The notes under the pieces were generated by a model. It saw nothing but the letters and a program-made list of their open reading frames with translations. It was not told the DNA's origin and searched no databases. A DNA stretch of 64,000 nucleotides from Myxococcota bacterium (GTDB lineage: Bacteria > Myxococcota_A > SURF-8): the NCBI GenBank assembly GCA_963674735.2, contig CAXXQS010000001.1:2048001-2112000 (forward strand). Reading direction: 5' to 3'. Shown piece by piece: positions 58,579 to 64,000 of the stretch (position 1 is the stretch's first letter; every line of letters begins with the position of its first letter). A program made the translations under genes and the position numbers.

Positions 58579-61485
58579 TCACTCACAGGTGAGGCGGACG
58601 ATCTCCAGCCCGTTGTTGCGGGTGGACACGTAGGCATAATCGCCGAAGATCGCCATCTTTTCGGGAGACGCGCCGTTGTTCTTCAAGACGCTGAAGGGCA
58701 CCGCGTCGCCGGGATTGGCGGGGTCGCGCAGGTCGACTGCGTAGAGGTCCAGCCAGTGGTTGATCACGTAGGCATTGTAAAACGCCCGTTGCAGATCGCC
58801 GGAAAACGTCCCCTGCCCCACCGGCAGTTGCACCCAGGCGATGTCGCCCGGCGCGTCGGGATCGCTCACGTCGAAGACGGCCATACGCCCGTCGTCGACC
58901 AGCAGCGAGGCCGAGTTCTCGAACAGGTCCACCGCAAACGCGTTGGCGGAATCGCTTAGCGATACGCTGATTGCCGCGTCCGGAGCAGCCCCGTCGGCGG
59001 CGTCGAGAATGGCCAAACCCGCATCCGTCGCAGCCACGTAAGCAATCCGGTTCGTTACCACGATATCCTCGCCCTTGCCGGGCAGGTTGCGCTGCGTCAC
59101 CTCACGCTCACGCGTGGTGGTCGGGTCGGCGATATCGATGACCTGCAGCCCGTCGGCACCGGCCAGGTAAGCGTAATCCCCGCGCAGCGCCATGGCGCGC
59201 GGCGAGCTGACGGGCGAGAGGTCCAGCAACTGCGTCCCCGCTTCCAGTTGCGTCATATCAAGCGCATACAAATGCCCTTCCGTGACGATGTACGCCCTGC
59301 CATCCCGAATCGCGATATCCACCACCAGCAGCGACAGATCGAAAAAGATCGGCGGGCTCGCCGTCCCTGCGTCCGCCACGTTCACCGCCGCCAACTGGTT
59401 TTTCTGTCCCACCAAGGCCCAGCCATCCGCCGCTGCCACCGCCCCGGCGTGCCCGATGGTACGTGCGCGGTAGAGTTGCGTCGTCACCGTTTCGCCGCGT
59501 TCGAGCACGACCAGCCCTTCCATGCCGTCGGCCACGTAAACCCGGTTGGTATCCAGCAACACATCGTTGGCCCACGCTCCCGTACTGACGGTTTCGGTTT
59601 CGCCCGGCGCGGCCGGATTGCCGATATCGGTTGCATGGATACCCTTGAACAGATCGGCGGTATACAGCATGTTATCGACGACAAACAGCTTCATCGGATA
59701 AAGCTCGGCATCGTCCAAGGTCGCCGAGCGGGTTAAGGTCGTACTGCTACGTGCATCGATGACGGCCACCAGCGGCCCGGCTCCGGCCAGCGCGACATAC
59801 ACCCAGCCGCCACTCACCTCCAGATCGTCGGGAAATTCCGACGCACTCAATTCGGCAATCGGCACGTTTCCAAGGGGCAGAGAATCCGGCAGAAGCCATT
59901 CCCATGATTTCAGTTCCGCACTGCCGTAAAGCACGCAATAAGCAAACGTGTCATCCAGCGTGCAGATATCGAACACGCTATTGCCGTATTCGTGGATCAG
60001 GCTGGGTGCGGCCGGGCTCGAAATGTCCCACAACTCGGAACCGAAGAACACCCGCTCGCCGCGCGCCTTCACCGATCCGATCCAACTCGGCGTCACCCGC
60101 ACGCGGTCTCCAAAGCGATTGGGGTTGCTGATATCGACGTGATAGCCGCCCATGCGCGTGGCGACGTAAAGGCGATCGTCGAGTGCTTGCATGTCCGCGA
60201 TGTTGCCGTCGAGCAAGATAGAATCCAACAAGGTGCTGTCCTGCCCTTCATCGGAATACAGGCGCAACCAGCGTCCGAACGACACGTACAGGCGACCGTT
60301 TGCGCGTTCCACATTCGTCGCGGCTCCGCCGACCACGGCTTCGGCTACATGTTGCATACAGGTTCCCGATTGCCACACGACATCGCCATCCGGGGCGTCT
60401 CCGTCCGGGTCGTCACCGTCCGGGTCATCGCCGTCGGGGTCATCGCCATCCGGCTCGTCGCCGTCGGGCTCGTCTCCGTCGGGCCATTCGCTCAACGCCC
60501 GGAATTCCCAGGGCACGTACAAACCGGTTCGTTCCTGACTATCCTGCAAGGCAAACAACACGACCAGCCGTGTGTCTTCCGGCACCAGTTCCGATACGCT
60601 GACCGCCACCGTCACCCGGTAGCCATCCTCGCCGATATCCGGCAGGCTGCCGGTGGCATGGGTCCGCGCCGAAACGGCGGACACCGGCTCGATCGTAAAC
60701 CCGTCGCTGCGTTTGTAGGCATCGTTGCCGGGCGTGCTGATGAGGATGTATTCCAGGGCGTCCGCTCTTTCAAGATTGAAGGTGAAGAGCTGCACCGAGC
60801 CATTGTCGTCGCCGATCAACACCTGCTCGGGACCGGCCAACCGCGTAATCTGGGGCGCGTCGGGATCGGCGCTGCCTTGCGGTCGTCCCGACAAAAAGCG
60901 GTCTTCCTCGCTGAGCGAAACGATGTCGATGGCCTCGCCTTCGACCTCCACCGGATCGTCGTCGCTGACGGACAAGTTCCAATCCCGATAAGCACCGACC
61001 GCGCCATCATCCGCTTTCAACGCCACCCGCAAGCGGAAGGTCTCGCCCTTCAAGCGCTCCTTCTTTTTAAGCGTACCGGCTAGCATCAGGCGCAGCAGAT
61101 CCGCATTGAGCGTCGGTGTTCCGCTCACCACCAAGTGACGTTGGGCCCCGCGCACATACACCACCGCTTCGGTGACGCGTTCCGGCTCTGCAAAGGCCGT
61201 TTCCAAGCCGACGGTGAAACTTTCGCCCAAGCGCAAGGTGTCGGGAACGGCCAGTTCGGGCGCGATCTGCGGAGCGGCGTTCGGATCGTCGTCGCCTTCC
61301 GGCGGTTCGCCTTCGATCGTCTCGACGTTCTCGAAGTCCAACGAGTCGGTCAGCAGGTCTTCCAACGCTTCCTCGATGCCTTCCGTATCGGAGGCCGAGC
61401 TACAGGCCGTCAGAAGACCGACCCATACGAGCAGCCCCAGAACCAGGGCATTTTCTATGCATGTCGGCGTTTTGCGACGCATCAT
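58579..61485 (-). CDS. Large lipoprotein with duplicated N-terminal beta domains, PDGD linker and LVIVD-repeat propeller
   Basis: AAGGAG RBS, LTA-C lipobox, repeated YAYLA/GLQVIDIADP/GLEIV LVIVD-type units. Confidence 0.85.
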   Translation of the reverse strand: MMRRKTPTCIENALVLGLLVWVGLLTACSSASDTEGIEEALEDLLTDSLDFENVETIEGEPPEGDDDPNAAPQIAPELAVPDTLRLGESFTVGLETAFAEPERVTEAVVYVRGAQRHLVVSGTPTLNADLLRLMLAGTLKKKERLKGETFRLRVALKADDGAVGAYRDWNLSVSDDDPVEVEGEAIDIVSLSEEDRFLSGRPQGSADPDAPQITRLAGPEQVLIGDDNGSVQLFTFNLERADALEYILISTPGNDAYKRSDGFTIEPVSAVSARTHATGSLPDIGEDGYRVTVAVSVSELVPEDTRLVVLFALQDSQERTGLYVPWEFRALSEWPDGDEPDGDEPDGDDPDGDDPDGDDPDGDAPDGDVVWQSGTCMQHVAEAVVGGAATNVERANGRLYVSFGRWLRLYSDEGQDSTLLDSILLDGNIADMQALDDRLYVATRMGGYHVDISNPNRFGDRVRVTPSWIGSVKARGERVFFGSELWDISSPAAPSLIHEYGNSVFDICTLDDTFAYCVLYGSAELKSWEWLLPDSLPLGNVPIAELSASEFPDDLEVSGGWVYVALAGAGPLVAVIDARSSTTLTRSATLDDAELYPMKLFVVDNMLYTADLFKGIHATDIGNPAAPGETETVSTGAWANDVLLDTNRVYVADGMEGLVVLERGETVTTQLYRARTIGHAGAVAAADGWALVGQKNQLAAVNVADAGTASPPIFFDLSLLVVDIAIRDGRAYIVTEGHLYALDMTQLEAGTQLLDLSPVSSPRAMALRGDYAYLAGADGLQVIDIADPTTTREREVTQRNLPGKGEDIVVTNRIAYVAATDAGLAILDAADGAAPDAAISVSLSDSANAFAVDLFENSASLLVDDGRMAVFDVSDPDAPGDIAWVQLPVGQGTFSGDLQRAFYNAYVINHWLDLYAVDLRDPANPGDAVPFSVLKNNGASPEKMAIFGDYAYVSTRNNGLEIVRLTCE
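60379..60483 (-). repeat. 7 x 15-bp coding tandem repeat (PDGD[E/D/A/V])
   Basis: PDGDE PDGDE PDGDD PDGDD PDGDD PDGDA PDGDV with synonymous variation. Confidence 0.9.
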
Positions 61486-61532
61486 GGCGATTCTCCTTAT
61501 CCGTCCGATCCGACCGCCGCACGGGCAGGCGA

Positions 61533-62885
61533 TCAGTAATAGTAAAACAAGCCGACCATCACACCGATTCCGTGGTGCAGGCGTCGAATGGGCACGCGAT
61601 CCTCGAAGACCTCCCATTGCTCGTCGCCATGGCGCGTGGTGGCGACCGATTCCGAGGCGAAATCGTTCAGCTCTTCCGAAAGGTTCAACGCATAGGCCAG
61701 CGTGTAACGCGCCTCGACACCAAAGCCGAAATGTTGCGTGATCAGGTAGTCGAATCCGGCGGCCAGGGGCAATTGAATGTTGAAATAATCCACCGTTTCC
61801 GACTCCGGCATGAGCGTAAAGGTATCCTCCGTCTCGCGGAAACACGCCCCGGATTTCTCGGTCCAGCCATCCGGACACACGCCGTCGGTGAGTCCGCTGC
61901 GCGCATTTTCGACGAGGTTCAGCGTTTCATCGCCGAAGTGAACGCGCTGCCACGAAAACCCCAACCCCAGTTGAACGAAAGGCAAGAGGCGACCTTTGGG
62001 CGGCTGAAAACGCGCCAGTACCTGAAGCGGCACGCGCAGCGAGGAATAGTCGAGATCCTGAGTAATAACGTTGATTTCGTCGCCGAGCGGAGAAGCGGCC
62101 GAGGCGCTGGAATAGCGGGTGGAGACCGTGCGAATCTGGTTTTGATAGGTTTCGAGAATGGAAAATCCCACCCCGGTTTCGGCAATCACCTGCAACCAGG
62201 GCAACACATGAACGCCGGCATCGACGTTGAACGTCATCAAATCCGGCAACGCGTAAAGCAGGCTCGACGAATGATTGTAGGGTCCGACCGGGATTTCATA
62301 ACCGATATTCGCACGCAGAAACAGGGTTTTCTCCTTGCGTGCGATGGTGTAGTTTTCGACCAATTCCGCCGTCAGATCGGGGGCATAGCCTTTTTCCTCC
62401 AGCGCCAGGGCCACCACCGCCGAATGCAGGGAGCCGATGAGATCGTCGGCGCTACCGGCGAGGGTCTGGTTGATGCGCCGGACGGCTTTCGCCTGCTTCA
62501 CATCGATCATATTTAAGCTTAATAAATAAGTATTACCCACTCGTCCCAGGCTGCTGCGCAATAAATATTGGGCCTTGAGGCGCTCCCCGACGGCCGCCAG
62601 TTCGGCTTCGTCGTCTTCGCCAAGTAGCTGTTTCAACTCCACTTGCGACAGCAATACCCGTAAATCCTCCTGCGCCACGACGGTGAACAGCTGCGCGCGT
62701 TCCAGCTCGCCCACCAGCAGATCGTCCAGGCTGGCCGCGACTTCGCTGCTGACGGACAGCGGTTCGAGCGGCAAAACGATCAGGGTCGGTTTTTCCGCCT
62801 CTGCAGCCGCGCCATTCGGCGATGCGCCCCAAGCCACCGTGCCGCATAAAAACAGACAAAGTGTTAATATTACGAGTCTTTTCAT
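61533..62885 (-). CDS. Exported protein: CsgG/TolB-N-like domain + C-terminal outer-membrane beta-barrel
   Basis: Signal peptide; SLGRVGNTYLLSLNMIDV pattern; PFVQLGLG, GFDYLIT..FGVEARY, terminal aromatic strand. Confidence 0.75.
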   Translation of the reverse strand: MKRLVILTLCLFLCGTVAWGASPNGAAAEAEKPTLIVLPLEPLSVSSEVAASLDDLLVGELERAQLFTVVAQEDLRVLLSQVELKQLLGEDDEAELAAVGERLKAQYLLRSSLGRVGNTYLLSLNMIDVKQAKAVRRINQTLAGSADDLIGSLHSAVVALALEEKGYAPDLTAELVENYTIARKEKTLFLRANIGYEIPVGPYNHSSSLLYALPDLMTFNVDAGVHVLPWLQVIAETGVGFSILETYQNQIRTVSTRYSSASAASPLGDEINVITQDLDYSSLRVPLQVLARFQPPKGRLLPFVQLGLGFSWQRVHFGDETLNLVENARSGLTDGVCPDGWTEKSGACFRETEDTFTLMPESETVDYFNIQLPLAAGFDYLITQHFGFGVEARYTLAYALNLSEELNDFASESVATTRHGDEQWEVFEDRVPIRRLHHGIGVMVGLFYYY

Positions 62886-64000
62886 GCGTTTTTACCCGTT
62901 TCTTTTCGTTCACGACGCCCCAACGCCGCGCTTTTCACCGCCCTCGCCTCGACGTCCATACCGCATCCGACGTTCATTTCACCTGTAATATTCAATTCCC
63001 TTGGAATCATAGCAAACTTAGCAGGTCGGTAACAGACAATTTTTCGTCCCTATCCCGATCAAATAAACCGGCCAGGCGAATTCCATTCACAGGCATCCAG
63101 TATATATTTAGTTATATATCCAGGCGACAACACAACTCACTTATCACTCGAAAACCCGCCCCAGACACTCGGATTGCCTCTATTTTTGCCCATGATTGGC
63201 TTTTTCGTGAGCCATCGCGACCCTGCAGACCTCCCCCCTTTCCACGGCTCGGATTGGGACCTCAATCCATTTGTTTTTTCTTCGTTTTTCGTATTTCCAC
63301 CTTACAATGAGCAACCAGGCCGCGCGATCGAAGCCGGTCGCCATTGATTTACTATCCAACTGTTATCACGACGTTTTCTCGCTATTTTGCACGCCTGTCC
63401 CACGGCCAATCAACAGTCGTTCGCCAATAAGGCTCAATGTTTAGTGATTTCCAATAGTTAGGACATCATATCCGAACCGCTAAATGGCTCGTTTTACTAT
63501 ATTATACTTACTATATTTTTCTTTGTTTGCTTATTTGCTTTCTTTATTACCTTATTAAGCCATTATGCTTCGTGGCGAGCACGCATCCAGACTTCCTCTA
63601 TCTAACCGGTATGTCGCGGTTTTTCCGACCGTTCACCGCCATTCTCGTCCATCGTTCATTTCGCTGTTTTTCATCTCGACCTGAAAACCTAGCCATCAGG
63701 TGTGACATTGTACGGCACTTTTTATTTCCGATCTGTTTTCCGGGTATTCGCAACTCCAAAACGCCCGATTTCGTCGCATCCGACCGATTTTTTCGGGTCT
63801 CCAGGGAGCGCAAACCGCGCATTTCGCGTCAGCTCCGACAATCGACGGCTCCCAGCTTTCCAAATCACCTGTCGACCGATTTTTGACGATTCGACCGAAT
63901 GCGTCGATCACGGCAACGAGACCGAACCGCGCAAAGCGCGCCCTCCTGCGCAAAGCTCGATTCCGTCGACGCGCCCTCAGGCGATTTTTCAAGAAAGGGT

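Noticed and set aside
60379-60483. Phase-variable or mobile DNA repeat
   Set aside because: The 15-bp units are in frame and synonymously diverged, so this is a protein linker.
62890-64000. Replication origin
   Set aside because: No consensus DnaA boxes were seen and no dnaA or par genes are in the window.

Overview
This 64 kb bacterial window is moderately GC-rich and most consistent with an uncultured Myxococcota/deltaproteobacterium (inferred from DGD-linker lipoproteins, sigma54 systems and an Npt-HEAT protein). From left to right it contains: DGD-linker lipoproteins and a His-rich Ni/Co transporter with a palindromic operator; housekeeping and lipid genes (B12 radical SAM, mutM, GGR-like oxidoreductase, TIGR01777, M20D, ILVBL/HACL2-like ThDP enzyme, sfsA, arfB-like, KDSR-like SDR); a PAS kinase/NtrC pair followed by a sigma54 promoter with three upstream palindromes, ahead of an orphan cheW/pseudo-receiver operon; an AT-rich two-gene islet; fatty-acid degradation genes with FadR(YsiA)-like boxes and two apparent non-AUG starts; a ManC/GT2/flippase/YfhO glycosylation module; and a lipase-N-domain lipoprotein next to FadL. 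At 43-54 kb a TetR-centred divergon has two complete 2-hydroxyacyl-CoA dehydratase/benzoyl-CoA-reductase-type alpha/beta/activase sets plus a stand-alone acetyl-CoA-synthase-domain protein, an SCP2 protein, a CooC ATPase and a GMC oxidoreductase. This is the best candidate for an undescribed metabolic system. It is followed by a complete IS621-like IS110 element whose bridge-RNA guides, CT core, junction promoter and REP target can be read from the sequence, a REP-flanked AT-rich cassette encoding a membrane-anchored SIR2-like protein, and an LVIVD lipoprotein/OM barrel pair. No rRNA, tRNA or CRISPR array was seen. All family calls are by motif recognition; no database searches were run.
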